Origin: a virus | Lineage: Duplodnaviria > Caudoviricetes | Reading direction: 5' to 3' (one strand) | DNA: 64,000 nt | IMG/VR virus record: IMGVR_UViG_3300027029_000001 | Span: 2,966-66,965 of that record | Shown here: piece after piece, positions 25,075-35,205 of the stretch | How positions within the stretch are numbered: position 1 is the first letter of the stretch | Layout of the letters: every line of letters starts with the position of its first letter | Notes under the pieces: model-generated | Seen by the model: only the letters and a program-made list of their open reading frames with translations | What the model was told of the DNA's origin: nothing | Databases searched by the model: none | Program-made: the position numbers and the translations under genes

Positions 25075-25899
25075 TTAGGCGGCGGCTAGGCGTCTGATCT
25101 CGGGTTCGGCATGGGAAAACGGAACGGTGCGCGCGCCGAGTTCGAGAAGCTTCAAGTCGGAGCCGGACCACCTCAGGCGGTCGTCATAGACAATCAATTG
25201 CTCAATGCGGCTATCGTGAGCGTTGCGAACGTCGAGGTTCGCCACCACTCGCGAACTTATTGAAGAGTGATCATTGATGACGGGATCGACTAGAAGTCGG
25301 CGCTCACCTTGCAGATAAATAACATAGTTGAATTTATGAGCCTTGGTACTAGCGCCTACAACTGGCGTATCACGCTTCAAATTATCATGGAAATGACTGC
25401 CGAGAAGACTGTCTAACTCTTCCCGAAAATCATGCTGAATATTGAACCTGAGATGATCCAATGACCACCTCGCAACATCGCCAGACGCGTTTGCCACTAG
25501 GACAATTGCGGCCTCAACCGCAACCTCCGGAACCTGGGGGGAGAGAATAACCCCACGGCTGACGTGGAGCCCCTGCGATTTGACGCGCGCGGCAATTTGC
25601 CGATCGGAAATCGGCGTCTTTAACCCCGTGCTGATAATCTCCGACAAAGCACCACCGTCATCAGACACGACATAAGAGGCGATACCGCCGCGGACGGTTA
25701 CCGTTACAGCCCCGTTTGACGGGTAGAGGACGTGAGTCGATACCCGCACGCCATCGTCGATCACGGTTGTCGCGACCATTCGGCAAAGCCTTTCAGCGAT
25801 CGTTGCCGGTTCAATCAAATGAGGCGTCTCCGAGGTGGTAGGTAAATCATCCCTGATGGCGGCTGGCGGCTGTACCGCTAAGGAATAGGCCGTTAACAA
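25075..25899 (-). CDS. Accessory (moron) protein, DUF1828/DUF1829-like
   Basis: THVLYPSNGAVTV...VSDDGGA; lower GC; opposite strand to neighbours. Confidence 0.6.
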   Translation of the reverse strand: MLTAYSLAVQPPAAIRDDLPTTSETPHLIEPATIAERLCRMVATTVIDDGVRVSTHVLYPSNGAVTVTVRGGIASYVVSDDGGALSEIISTGLKTPISDRQIAARVKSQGLHVSRGVILSPQVPEVAVEAAIVLVANASGDVARWSLDHLRFNIQHDFREELDSLLGSHFHDNLKRDTPVVGASTKAHKFNYVIYLQGERRLLVDPVINDHSSISSRVVANLDVRNAHDSRIEQLIVYDDRLRWSGSDLKLLELGARTVPFSHAEPEIRRLAAA

Positions 25900-26011
25900 T
25901 TCAATGCCATTAGGTGCGTCATAATGTCGCGATGCGGGTGATCCCCCTCCGATTCCAAACCTTCATGCATATCCTTGTAATAAGAAGGGAGCCCGCCGCG
26001 CACAATGAGGG

Positions 26012-26269
26012 ATGGAAACGATGCGGTTCACTCGACGGGACGCTGTTTGGGTGATGGCCGTAGCCATCGTTGGAATTACTGTGTCATCGTCCAGCGCGAA
26101 GCTAAATAGCGCACGAATCTCCGCTCAAACGATAACTTTCAGAAGCAATATGAGTCCGTCATATCCTTTTGTCCGCTATCCTACCCCCCGGCAAACTTCA
26201 ATTCTACAAGCTTGTCTGTCGGGGAAACGCGAATGTCAAATGGCCTCAGAAAATCCATACCTAAAATGA
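26012..26269 (+). CDS. Possible exported protein
   Basis: GAGGG RBS; MRFTRRDAVWVMAVAIVG. Confidence 0.35.
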   Translation: METMRFTRRDAVWVMAVAIVGITVSSSSAKLNSARISAQTITFRSNMSPSYPFVRYPTPRQTSILQACLSGKRECQMASENPYLK

Positions 26270-26297
26270 GAGATGGCTATCAGCGCCCTCACGCGAC

Positions 26298-26465
26298 CTA
26301 AGCCCGGCGCAGCAGCTCCAGGTACGCCACGGCATATTGCGGGACTGGAGCGAGCCCGCGCGCCCATCGGTTGACGGTCGTGACGGCGACCCCGAGCGTG
26401 GACGCGAGAGAGCGCTGAGTGAGCCCCAGCGCTTTCAATGTCTCGCGGAATTCGATAGGTGTCAT
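26298..26465 (-). CDS. XRE-family HTH protein
   Basis: LGLTQRSLASTLGVAVTTVNRWARG. Confidence 0.85.
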   Translation of the reverse strand: MTPIEFRETLKALGLTQRSLASTLGVAVTTVNRWARGLAPVPQYAVAYLELLRRA

Positions 26466-26541
26466 CTGTGTGCTGCGGCTCATTCATCCTTCTATTATGC
26501 GTGCGGAAGCTTTCACGGTAAACTTCTACGATGCCGGTCAT

Positions 26542-26808
26542 TTAAATCACCACGCGATTTTTAATCTTTTCGTGAATTGTCGCGATGATCTCGATCTGTT
26601 TTGCGCTCAAGCGTGTGCGTTCCTGGAATTTATTCCAGCGGTCGATGACCGGCACGATGAAATCTCGCTCCCATTTAGTAAGATGGCTACGTTTCCGATC
26701 AATCAGCAGCGAATTGGCGATCAAATCGATTTGATCGCCAGCGTCCCGAATGCCGGTTACGGCTTGAGCGGCCCGCCGTTGCGCTGTCCTTTCCGCGTCA
26801 TCGATCAT
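26542..26808 (-). CDS. Hypothetical phage protein
   Basis: AGGAGG RBS; LTKWERDFI...LSAKQ. Confidence 0.65.
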   Translation of the reverse strand: MIDDAERTAQRRAAQAVTGIRDAGDQIDLIANSLLIDRKRSHLTKWERDFIVPVIDRWNKFQERTRLSAKQIEIIATIHEKIKNRVVI

Positions 26809-26818
26809 CGCCGGCCTC

Positions 26819-27046
26819 CTATGCGATCGCCTGAGCCTCGATCTCATCAATCGAGCGCGTGTCGAGCGGAATGTTGGACGGGGTAATTACGACCTTGGCG
26901 ACCTTGCCCCAAGAGGGGAGGCGGAAGAGCGTAGAGGCCATCTGGCCGGCTTGGTCGCGTGTGAAATTTGCGCGCATCTCAAAATGCCCGTGTTCGTTGT
27001 CGTACTCGACGGTGTAGCCGGTTTCTGGAAGGGTTTGCTCGGTCAT
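26819..27046 (-). CDS. Hypothetical protein
   Basis: GGAGG RBS. Confidence 0.65.
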   Translation of the reverse strand: MTEQTLPETGYTVEYDNEHGHFEMRANFTRDQAGQMASTLFRLPSWGKVAKVVITPSNIPLDTRSIDEIEAQAIA

Positions 27047-27387
27047 GTTTACCTCCGGTCTGATGGGGATAACATAGGCGTGACACGTATCCCTGTCAAT
27101 CACAAAATGAGCGTGACGCGTATTTTATTGGATGCTTGACCGGGCGTGGCGAATTGGCTACCAGCGTCGGACTGGGCAGCGGACGCGCTCGGCGTCGATG
27201 ACGCGACGCGGGCGGCGCTCGCTGTCAAGGGTATCGCCGGCAAGCGGCTGACATATACGCAATCTCGTGTCACATAATCCGAGACAACGGAGATCGCCAG
27301 AGCGTCGTAAGCTTGTGCAACTTGCCTTCGACTTCGGCGACGGACAGACAAGAAGATGCGCCCAATCGGCTCATCGGCCCGTAAAAC

Positions 27388-27534
27388 ACCGGTCTTCTGG
27401 ACGGAAACCGGTGTAACTCGCCTTTTTTTTCGGATTTTGCCGTTTGTGAAACCGGTTCGTGGGCGTATAACCGGTGTCCATGGCTACCAACGGTATAGAG
27501 GCAATCGAGATCGCCGGCGCAGAGCGCGACCGGT
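27388..27534. repeat. Five ACCGGT palindromes upstream of terS
   Basis: Starts at 27388, 27407, 27451, 27470, 27529. Confidence 0.7.
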
Positions 27535-27859
27535 GGATTAATGCGGGGAAAGGGAATCGGGATGACGATTATCGTTCCTGATTAAGCAACGGATAATTAC
27601 GGCAACGGTCAAAGTCGCCACGAAGCCCACGGCGCGCCTAGTGCTAATTTTAGGGCTTGACGAATTGCGATTGCACTCGCGTCAATAGCTCGCGCGTCTT
27701 ATCCGCATGAGCGAGAGCGTAAGCGAAGCGAACTGTCTGCGACCAGCAGACCGCGCGCGCCAGCGCAGTTAACGCCACGCCCCTCGCGTGGTATGCCCGT
27801 GTCAGCGTATCCGTCAGACGCACAACGCTTGAAACGCCACGCGCTTTCCGCTACATGCG

Positions 27860-28342
27860 ATGGCCATGCCAATCCTCCGAAACGCTCGACACGAACGCTT
27901 CTGCCAAGCCATCGTCACCGGGCAAGTCCCCGAGAAAGCCTACGAGACCGCAGGTTTTAAGAGAAACCGCGGAAACGCGCACACGCTAAAGCAGAGACAA
28001 ATCGTTTCAAACCGCATCGCTGAGCTGCTCGCTGAAATGGAAGCCCAGCGTAAGCGGGAAGTTAATAGAGCATCAGAGAAAGCCGCAGTAACCAAGGCAG
28101 ATGTGCTTCGGATGCTTGTCGAGGACCGCGAGATGGCGCGTCAGAAGAACCAGCTCGGCCCGGCAGTGCGAGCCGCTGAGCTGCTCGGCAAGGAACTCGG
28201 GATGTTCATCGATCGCCAGTTGCGCAAGGATACCGACGACATCTTTGAGACGATGGACGACGCAGAGTTGCGGCGGTTGGCGTTGGAGAGGGCGCGTCAG
28301 TTGTCGAGCGACGACAGCGAATCGGATGCGACGCGGCACTGA
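27860..28342 (+). CDS. terS: Terminase small subunit
   Basis: LRNARHERFCQAIVTG...AYETAG...RIAEL. Confidence 0.85.
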   Translation: MAMPILRNARHERFCQAIVTGQVPEKAYETAGFKRNRGNAHTLKQRQIVSNRIAELLAEMEAQRKREVNRASEKAAVTKADVLRMLVEDREMARQKNQLGPAVRAAELLGKELGMFIDRQLRKDTDDIFETMDDAELRRLALERARQLSSDDSESDATRH

Positions 28343-28687
28343 CGCCGACACACTATATATAGTGTCGAACGCTCTGCAACCGGCCGAAACGGCGATACAA
28401 CCGAGCGCTCGACAAGAATTGCCAATGATATCAATGCTCGGCGATGGCGCGTAAGGTCCATTATGGAAAATCGCACTGCACAACGAGCGGATGCGGTACG
28501 CCAGCGTGGGTTGTGCGGGGTCTCGATTCGGCCGGGGACCCGGATGCCAGAGAGACGGTGCGGGCCGGCCAGAGCGACGGGACTCCTTGAGGCTGGCGTG
28601 CACTCCCTCCGCATTCGCGCTGATTTCGTATAAAATTTTTTGCGATAAATCCCGAAGAAACCGACAGTCTCGTGATCTTCGCGCAAC

Positions 28688-30334
28688 TTGGTGGCGATGA
28701 GCGCTGACCTTTCGACATTGGGACGCGCTGGCTTGCTGGCGTTTCTGCGGGCTGACGCGGCATTGCGGCGGCGGCAGGAGAAGCGGGCGGCCGAGGAGAG
28801 CCTGTACGAGTTCGTGGCGCTGATGTGGCATGCGGTCGAGCCGGAGACGCCGTTTGTGGGCGGGTGGGTCTTGGAGGCGGAATGCCGGCATTTGGAGGCG
28901 GTGACTGACGGCGAGGTGACGCGGCTGCTGATGAATGTGCCGCCGGGGAGCACCAAGAGCCTGCTGACGAGCGTGTTTTGGCCGGCGTGGGAATGGGGGC
29001 CGCGCCGACGGCCGCATCTGCGGTATCTGTGCTGTGCGTATGCCGGGCACTTGACCTTGCGGGACAACCGGCGGTTCAAGTCGGTAATCGAGGACGAGGT
29101 TTACCAGCGGTATTGGGGCGACGTATTCCGGCCGCGCGCCGACATGTACTCGACGGTTCAGGTCGGGAACGACAAGACGGGATGGAAGCTGGCCTCGTCG
29201 GTTGGGGGTGTGGGGACCGGGGAGCGGGCTGACCGGGTGATCATCGACGACCCGAACAACCCGCTGGAGGTCGAGTCGGAATTGATCATGAAGTCGACGA
29301 CGACGTGGTTTCGCGAGGTCATGCCGGACCGGCTGAACGATCTCCAGCGGTCGGCGATCGTGGTCATTCAGCAGCGCACGCACGACATGGATGTGTCGGG
29401 GACGATCCTCGAGCTGGGGTTGCCGTACTGCCATCTGTCGATCCCGATGCGGTTCGACGTGCAGCGCCGGATATTGGCGACGGATATCGGATGGGTCGAC
29501 CCGCGAGCACTGGACGGGGATGGAGAAATCCTGCCGGGGCTGGCGGACGACGGCACGGTTATGCAGGGCTCGCCGCTGGCCGAGCGGGATGGGCTGCTGG
29601 CGTGGCCCGAGAGGTTCAGCGAGGAGGCTATCCAAGAACTAGAAAACGCAAAAGGTTCCTACGCTTTTTCAGCGCAATACCAGATGCTTCCGGTGCCGCG
29701 CGGCCAGGGGATCATCCCGGAGCATTATTGGCAATTGTGGGCGCGTGAGGAATTTCCCGAGTACGGGACGTGCGTGGCGTCGCTCGACACGGCTTATGAG
29801 GAGCATGCCGAAGCGGATTACAATGCGCTGACGGTGTGGGCGGCGTTTGAAGACCCGGAGAGCGGGCGGCCGAAGCTGATGCTGCGGGATGCGTGGCAGG
29901 TGCGGTGCAAGCTCGCCGAGCTGGTCAAGCGCGTGATTGCGAGTTGCCGGGAGCACAAGGTCGACCGGCTTATCATCGAGAAGAAGGCGCGCGGCCGGGA
30001 TGTTCATGACGAAGTCGAGCGCCTGACCCGCGGTCGGGAGTTTGGCCTTGAATTGATGATGCCGCCGGGCGATAAGGTTGCCCGGCTGAATGCTTGCCAG
30101 GCGATTTTCGAGAACAAGGTCATCTATGCCCCTGACAAGGAATGGGCAGACATGGTGATCCGGCAAGTGGCGGCATTCCCCTACGGGCGTCACAATGACC
30201 TGGTGGACAGCTGCTCGATGGCCCTGATCTACCTGCGGGCGCACGGCGTTGCAGTGCGACGCGAGGAGCACGACATGATGGTGACGGAGCGGCGCCGGTA
30301 TCAGAAGCCATTGGCGGCGATTTACGATGTCTGA
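28688..30334 (+). CDS. terL: Terminase large subunit
   Basis: MNVPPGSTKS, IIDDP, SLDTA, HNDLVDS. Confidence 0.95.
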   Translation: MVAMSADLSTLGRAGLLAFLRADAALRRRQEKRAAEESLYEFVALMWHAVEPETPFVGGWVLEAECRHLEAVTDGEVTRLLMNVPPGSTKSLLTSVFWPAWEWGPRRRPHLRYLCCAYAGHLTLRDNRRFKSVIEDEVYQRYWGDVFRPRADMYSTVQVGNDKTGWKLASSVGGVGTGERADRVIIDDPNNPLEVESELIMKSTTTWFREVMPDRLNDLQRSAIVVIQQRTHDMDVSGTILELGLPYCHLSIPMRFDVQRRILATDIGWVDPRALDGDGEILPGLADDGTVMQGSPLAERDGLLAWPERFSEEAIQELENAKGSYAFSAQYQMLPVPRGQGIIPEHYWQLWAREEFPEYGTCVASLDTAYEEHAEADYNALTVWAAFEDPESGRPKLMLRDAWQVRCKLAELVKRVIASCREHKVDRLIIEKKARGRDVHDEVERLTRGREFGLELMMPPGDKVARLNACQAIFENKVIYAPDKEWADMVIRQVAAFPYGRHNDLVDSCSMALIYLRAHGVAVRREEHDMMVTERRRYQKPLAAIYDV

Positions 30335-30521
30335 GCGCCGCTACATCACGATTGGGACACAATTGGTCGACGACCCTTACAGTGCAACGACGGCGACCGA
30401 AGTCCTGATGCCCGAGGATGACCGTCCGCAGCCGACGGGGCTGTTCGATGCGCTGGGACGGCAACTCTACCGGGTGCGCGACACAGTGCCGATCGGGTTT
30501 CATGGAAGGGCTAAGGCATGA
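30327..30521 (+). CDS. Hypothetical protein
   Basis: Overlap-coupled. Confidence 0.6.
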   Translation: MSERRYITIGTQLVDDPYSATTATEVLMPEDDRPQPTGLFDALGRQLYRVRDTVPIGFHGRAKA

Positions 30522-30883
30522 GCCGCAACGGCACGCCGCCGGATTTCCCGGAACTGGAGATTGCGGGGCATATCGCCGAAGGTCTCCGGCCGGGAACGCC
30601 CGGTGGCGCACAACCGTCGTGCGAAACCTGCGATTTCATGCGCCGCGAGGGCAATGCGATGCGGTGCTACTATGAGCCCCCGACGCCGATGTTGATCGCG
30701 ACTGTCCCGAGCAAGATCGCCGGCGGCCCTCCGCAGCTCGTCATCGCCGGCCTGTCGCCGGAAGTCCATGCGGCGCGGTTCTGCCGGCATCATCCGATGT
30801 TGGAGGGACGCGCCGGATTTCGGCCGGGGCGCGGGACAGGGACGCAGGCGTCGCCCGGCTACGGTGCGGAATCGCCAAATTGA
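30518..30883 (+). CDS. Cys-containing hypothetical protein
   Basis: CETCDF...RCYY...FCRHH. Confidence 0.6.
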   Translation: MSRNGTPPDFPELEIAGHIAEGLRPGTPGGAQPSCETCDFMRREGNAMRCYYEPPTPMLIATVPSKIAGGPPQLVIAGLSPEVHAARFCRHHPMLEGRAGFRPGRGTGTQASPGYGAESPN

Positions 30884-31602
30884 ACTACGCCGACAACCTG
30901 ACGTTTTTGATGCAGTACACGGGCGACAGCGGGTACGCAACGAATACCGACTGGCTTGCCCAGATACCGGCCTTCATCTTCTCGGCCGAAAACCGCATCC
31001 TGCGCGACCTCGACCTGTTGGCAGCGCGCGTGACCGATTCGTCGGCACAGATGACGCCGAACAGCCGCATCTTCTTCCTGCCGACGATGATCGGGACGTT
31101 CCAGGTCGTCGAGACGATCGCGCTGATCGACCAGAACGGCTACCATCACGCGCCGTTGTTGCCGGTGTCGAAAGAGTTGCTGGACGCGATGTACCCGAAT
31201 GAGGGCGCGGTCGGCGACCCGAGCATCCCGCGCTACTGGGCGCCTTATACCGACACGGCGGTCCTCGTCGGGCCGGCTCCGGGCTTCGACTTTTTCGTCC
31301 AGGTCTACGGCGTGCAGCGTCCGGCGCCGCTGAGCGCGTCTAATCCCGACACCTTCATCTCGATCAATCTGCCGGACCTGATGCTGGCTGCCGAGATGAT
31401 CGATTCGTCGGCATGGTGCAAGAATTTCGGCGCGATGTCCGACAACCCCGCTCAGGCGCGCGACTGGAACCAGGAATACGAACGCCTGAAAGGCATAGCC
31501 AATGTTTGGGAGCTTCGGCGCAAGGTTCAGTCGAGCGGGTGGTCTACCCGGATGCCGAACCCGGTAGCGAGGCCAGTTCCGGCTCGACCGGCTGCGGCTT
31601 GA
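30880..31602 (+). CDS. Head-tail connector/adaptor-like protein
   Basis: MNYADNL...FIFSAENRILRDL pattern; TTGA overlap. Confidence 0.65.
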   Translation: MNYADNLTFLMQYTGDSGYATNTDWLAQIPAFIFSAENRILRDLDLLAARVTDSSAQMTPNSRIFFLPTMIGTFQVVETIALIDQNGYHHAPLLPVSKELLDAMYPNEGAVGDPSIPRYWAPYTDTAVLVGPAPGFDFFVQVYGVQRPAPLSASNPDTFISINLPDLMLAAEMIDSSAWCKNFGAMSDNPAQARDWNQEYERLKGIANVWELRRKVQSSGWSTRMPNPVARPVPARPAAA

Positions 31603-31715
31603 CAAATCTGCAGTTTCGTTTGAGGGCATAACTCCCCGCCGTTGGTACCCGAGGGAGAAGCGCGCGTGAGCCGCAAGGGGACAGGAACACCGATCGGCTC
31701 CGCGCGCTGTTCGCC

Positions 31716-33140
31716 GTGCCGTTAGTCTCGATCAAGCTGAAACCCGGCATAAATTCCGTTCAGACGCCCACGCTCAATGAATCGGGCTGGGTCAGCGGCT
31801 CGAATATCCGGTTCTTTCAGGGCTTGATGCAGAAGGATGCGGGGTTCGTCGACCTGTTCACCAGCACGGCCGGCATCATCAAGGCCCTAAAGGCATGGAC
31901 GGCGCTGTCGGGGCAGTCATACCTTGGTGTCGGCGCGCAGAACGCCCTTCAACTTTGGAACGGTTCCACTTTAACCGACATCACGCCGTCGTCGGGATGG
32001 GCGATGCCGGCGGCAATCGTCACGCTCGACAACTGGGGCGAGTTCCTGATGGCTTGCGCGCAAGCCGGTCAGATTTTTGTCTGGCAACCCGAGCTTGGGG
32101 GTCCGGCGCTCCCGATCGGCGGCGAGGCGCCCGCGCAGGTCGGTTTCATCTTTGTTGCGACACAGGAACAGCAGCTGGTTGCCTGCGGCAGCACGAACGA
32201 GACGACCTTCACTTACGACCCGATGCTCAACAGCTGGTCGGATGTCGGAGACTACACGACTTGGACGGCGGCGGCGGACAACGAGGCCGGGACTTTCCGG
32301 CTGGCGATTGGATCGGCCCAGCGTGCCGGCCTCGCGATGGTCGGGCAGAACCTGCTCTGGACCGATACGGCCCTCTATTCGATGTCCTACATCCAGCCTC
32401 CGCTGGTTTACGGCTTTGTGCCGCTGGGAGTGAACTGCGGAGCCGACGGCCCCCATGCGGTCGGCATTCTGGCCGGTCAGATTGCCTGGAAAGGGCCAAA
32501 CCAGTTCTTCACCCTTGGCCCCGCCGGCCCCCAACAGATCGAATGCCCGGTATGGGATCAGGTGTTCCCGAACCAAGACCCGGAGAACCTGATCAATACG
32601 ACCTGCCAGACCGATAGCTACTACGGTGAAATCGGCTGGATGGTATTGCAGCTTTCGGGTGAGTACGTTTATGCTCGGGTCAATCTCGCGACCGGCGCCT
32701 GGACGGTGGATGTCTATCACCCGCACACGGCCTGGATCGACCAGAGTGTGTTCGGGGCGCCGATCGGCGGTCATTCGACGGGATTAGTCGATCAACACGA
32801 TATCGGTTATGACGCCAATGGTGCGCCAGCCGCGTGGAACGCTATGACTGGCGTTATGATGCTCTCGGAAGGCACGCAGGTCATATTCGTGCAGGATTTT
32901 CTTCCCGATATTGCTGCCCAAGGAACCGCTCCGACGATCCAATGGACATTCTTTTTTTATGATTACCCGAATTCGCCGCCGCGCTCTCACGGGCCGTTCG
33001 TAACCACACAATCGACGCCCGTCATCCATCCACGCGGACGCGGGAGAGGATTTCAAATCCAGATAGCCGGCAATGACGTGGGCACATTTGCGCGCCTTGG
33101 AAATTGCCGCTATCGCGGCAGCCCGGATGGGGGCCGATGA
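31716..33140 (+). CDS. Tail stabilisation / nozzle protein (P22 gp10-like)
   Basis: MPLVSIKLKPGIN...WVSGSNIRF; beta-propeller-like composition; 474 aa. Confidence 0.7.
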   Translation: MPLVSIKLKPGINSVQTPTLNESGWVSGSNIRFFQGLMQKDAGFVDLFTSTAGIIKALKAWTALSGQSYLGVGAQNALQLWNGSTLTDITPSSGWAMPAAIVTLDNWGEFLMACAQAGQIFVWQPELGGPALPIGGEAPAQVGFIFVATQEQQLVACGSTNETTFTYDPMLNSWSDVGDYTTWTAAADNEAGTFRLAIGSAQRAGLAMVGQNLLWTDTALYSMSYIQPPLVYGFVPLGVNCGADGPHAVGILAGQIAWKGPNQFFTLGPAGPQQIECPVWDQVFPNQDPENLINTTCQTDSYYGEIGWMVLQLSGEYVYARVNLATGAWTVDVYHPHTAWIDQSVFGAPIGGHSTGLVDQHDIGYDANGAPAAWNAMTGVMMLSEGTQVIFVQDFLPDIAAQGTAPTIQWTFFFYDYPNSPPRSHGPFVTTQSTPVIHPRGRGRGFQIQIAGNDVGTFARLGNCRYRGSPDGGR

Positions 33141-33439
33141 TGGCTTACGCACTACTGAAAATTTTCGGGGATGAGAAAGGCATCAGGGCAGCCTATGACG
33201 CCAATCCATCGGTAATCAAGAGATGCATAGAAGAAGAAATAGCTGCCCATGCACCACTGCTGCTGCGCAACTATGTCTCGCGCGAATATATGATGATGTT
33301 GCGGCGCGTGCTTGGTATTCACGGAGAAAACCTTCATCAGCAGCATGAGAAACAGATGCGGGACGCATTGGCGAGGGCGGGCATTACGAAAGAAACGGTC
33401 CTGGCCAATATCCAGACCGAGCTGGCGAAGAAGCCTTGA
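33137..33439 (+). CDS. Hypothetical protein (lower GC insert)
   Basis: ATGA overlaps on both sides. Confidence 0.55.
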   Translation: MMAYALLKIFGDEKGIRAAYDANPSVIKRCIEEEIAAHAPLLLRNYVSREYMMMLRRVLGIHGENLHQQHEKQMRDALARAGITKETVLANIQTELAKKP

Positions 33440-34080
33440 TGTCTGGGGCTCCTGGAGGCAGCGGGCTCGGGGGAGGGGGGCTATTCTCCGGGCTGGTTAC
33501 ACAACTCAATCTGATTGCCCAGAATCTCGGGCGCCTCGTCACGCAGACGGCGCTTGCGGTCGTAATCCCGGTCACGCAGGGCGGCACGGGCGCCACCACG
33601 GCAAGCCAGGCGCGCACCAACCTCGGCATTACGACGCTGGGCACGCCCAATCACCTGGCGGCCTTCGCGACCGCGAACTCGTTTCAGGACGGCGGTCTTG
33701 GCGGTTCCTACCAGCTCGGCGCGCTGCTTGGGGCAAATTTCAATGTGACGATCGATCAGGCAATCCTAGTCGCGTTGCCTCCGGGAGCCTCCGCTTATGT
33801 CATCGAGGCCATCGTGGCGACGCATGCCAGCGTGTCGCTGACGACTGCGGTTGGGGGCATCTACCTTGGCCCGAGCAAGACCGGGCTCCAGGTGGTGTCG
33901 GCAAGCCAGGCCTATTCGGGGTTGACCGGGACAGCGATTAATACGGCAGGGAGCGCACTGCCCCTGACGGTTTACCAAGGGGCTTTTTTGAGTGTCGGCG
34001 TAGTGTATTTTTCATTGACAACGCCGCAGGGTGTTGCCGCCACGGCTGACCTGCGCGTATATGGCAGGGCATTGTTCTAG
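33436..34080 (+). CDS. Short tail-fibre-like structural protein, no signal peptide
   Basis: VIPVTQGGTGATTASQARTNLG fibre motif. Confidence 0.7.
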   Translation: MMSGAPGGSGLGGGGLFSGLVTQLNLIAQNLGRLVTQTALAVVIPVTQGGTGATTASQARTNLGITTLGTPNHLAAFATANSFQDGGLGGSYQLGALLGANFNVTIDQAILVALPPGASAYVIEAIVATHASVSLTTAVGGIYLGPSKTGLQVVSASQAYSGLTGTAINTAGSALPLTVYQGAFLSVGVVYFSLTTPQGVAATADLRVYGRALF

Positions 34081-34090
34081 GAGACAGTCG

Positions 34091-35017
34091 ATTCCGCTCG
34101 CGCCAGGACACAGCCGGGGTATCGTGAGCCGGAATATTTCCGAGATGGTTCACAGTGGTCATCCGCAGGCCCAGGCGGTCGCCGCAGCATTGTCCAATGC
34201 GCGCCGCCATCCTCATGCGACAGGCGGCATCGTCGGTTATCAGGGCGGCGGCGGTATGCCGATCGAGCCCAGCAACACAAACCAGAACCCGATTTCGCAG
34301 GGCATCATCCAGCAGATATCCCAGTTGCCGACCGAGAAATTGCAGGAGTTGGCGTCGTCCGGCATCGCCGGCCCGCAGACCGCGATCATCCAGCGCATCC
34401 TTCAGGCGCGCCACATGCAGCCGCCAGTGCCCGCGATGCCGACCGCTCAGTCGCAGCAGCCTCAGCCCGCAGCCCCCCCTGCAATGCAGGAGGGTGGCGA
34501 CGTCGACTGGATGGAGGACGCGAAGCTAGCGCGCAATGTTCCACGTGGAACATCCGGTTTCATCCACTCGCCAGTCCCCGGCCGCACCGACCTGATCAAT
34601 GCGCAGCCGCTGGTGGGGAGCTATGTCGTCCCGGCCGATGTCGTCTCGGGTATCGGCGAGGGCAATTCGCTGGCCGGCGCCGCTTTGTTGCAGCGCGCAA
34701 TGTCTGTCGGGCCTTACGGAGTGCCGCTGCCGCCGCATCGCGGGGGCGGGGTCGGCATCCCTCGGCCTCCCGCGCGCTTTACCGGGCCTCTGATGGGTCC
34801 GGCAGCGGCGCGCGGAGGACGCACCAAGGAACGCGAGGGCGACCCGACACCGATCCTCGCGGCCGGCGGCGAGTACATCGTGGCTCCGCATGTCGTGCGT
34901 GCGTGGGGCGGGGGCAATTTGAAAAAGGGCCACGATGTCCTTGACCATTGGGTCGTGAAGAAGCGCAAGGAAATCGCCAAAAAGATGCTGTCATTGCCGC
35001 CGCCGAAAAAGAAATGA
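34091..35017 (+). CDS. Virion-associated Pro/Gly-rich protein; probable ATT start
   Basis: AGGAG upstream of ATT; (M)PLAPGHSRGIVSRNISEM...QAVAAAL; fallback ATG at 34145. Confidence 0.7.
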   Translation: MPLAPGHSRGIVSRNISEMVHSGHPQAQAVAAALSNARRHPHATGGIVGYQGGGGMPIEPSNTNQNPISQGIIQQISQLPTEKLQELASSGIAGPQTAIIQRILQARHMQPPVPAMPTAQSQQPQPAAPPAMQEGGDVDWMEDAKLARNVPRGTSGFIHSPVPGRTDLINAQPLVGSYVVPADVVSGIGEGNSLAGAALLQRAMSVGPYGVPLPPHRGGGVGIPRPPARFTGPLMGPAAARGGRTKEREGDPTPILAAGGEYIVAPHVVRAWGGGNLKKGHDVLDHWVVKKRKEIAKKMLSLPPPKKK

Positions 35018-35205
35018 CAGTTCCGTCGTCCGATCCTTTGTGGGAAGAAATGCGCGCTGGCATTCGGTCGATCTGGGCGCACAGCCCAACCCGCACGCGT
35101 GCAGAATTAGGATATTTGGAGAATGCTCGTCAGCTTAGTCTAATAGACGAGGAAACGGCAGCGGGGTCGCTCTGGAAACAATTTCTGCGTAATTGTCTGC
35201 CATGA
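35014..35205 (+). CDS. Hypothetical protein
   Basis: ATGA overlaps on both sides. Confidence 0.5.
   Translation: MTVPSSDPLWEEMRAGIRSIWAHSPTRTRAELGYLENARQLSLIDEETAAGSLWKQFLRNCLP

Noticed and set aside
28073-29635. 520-aa antisense ORF, and similar long shadows (9464-10621, 36870-38117, 44929-45885)
   Set aside because: Arg/Pro-rich translations overlapping well-supported genes; expected in GC-rich DNA
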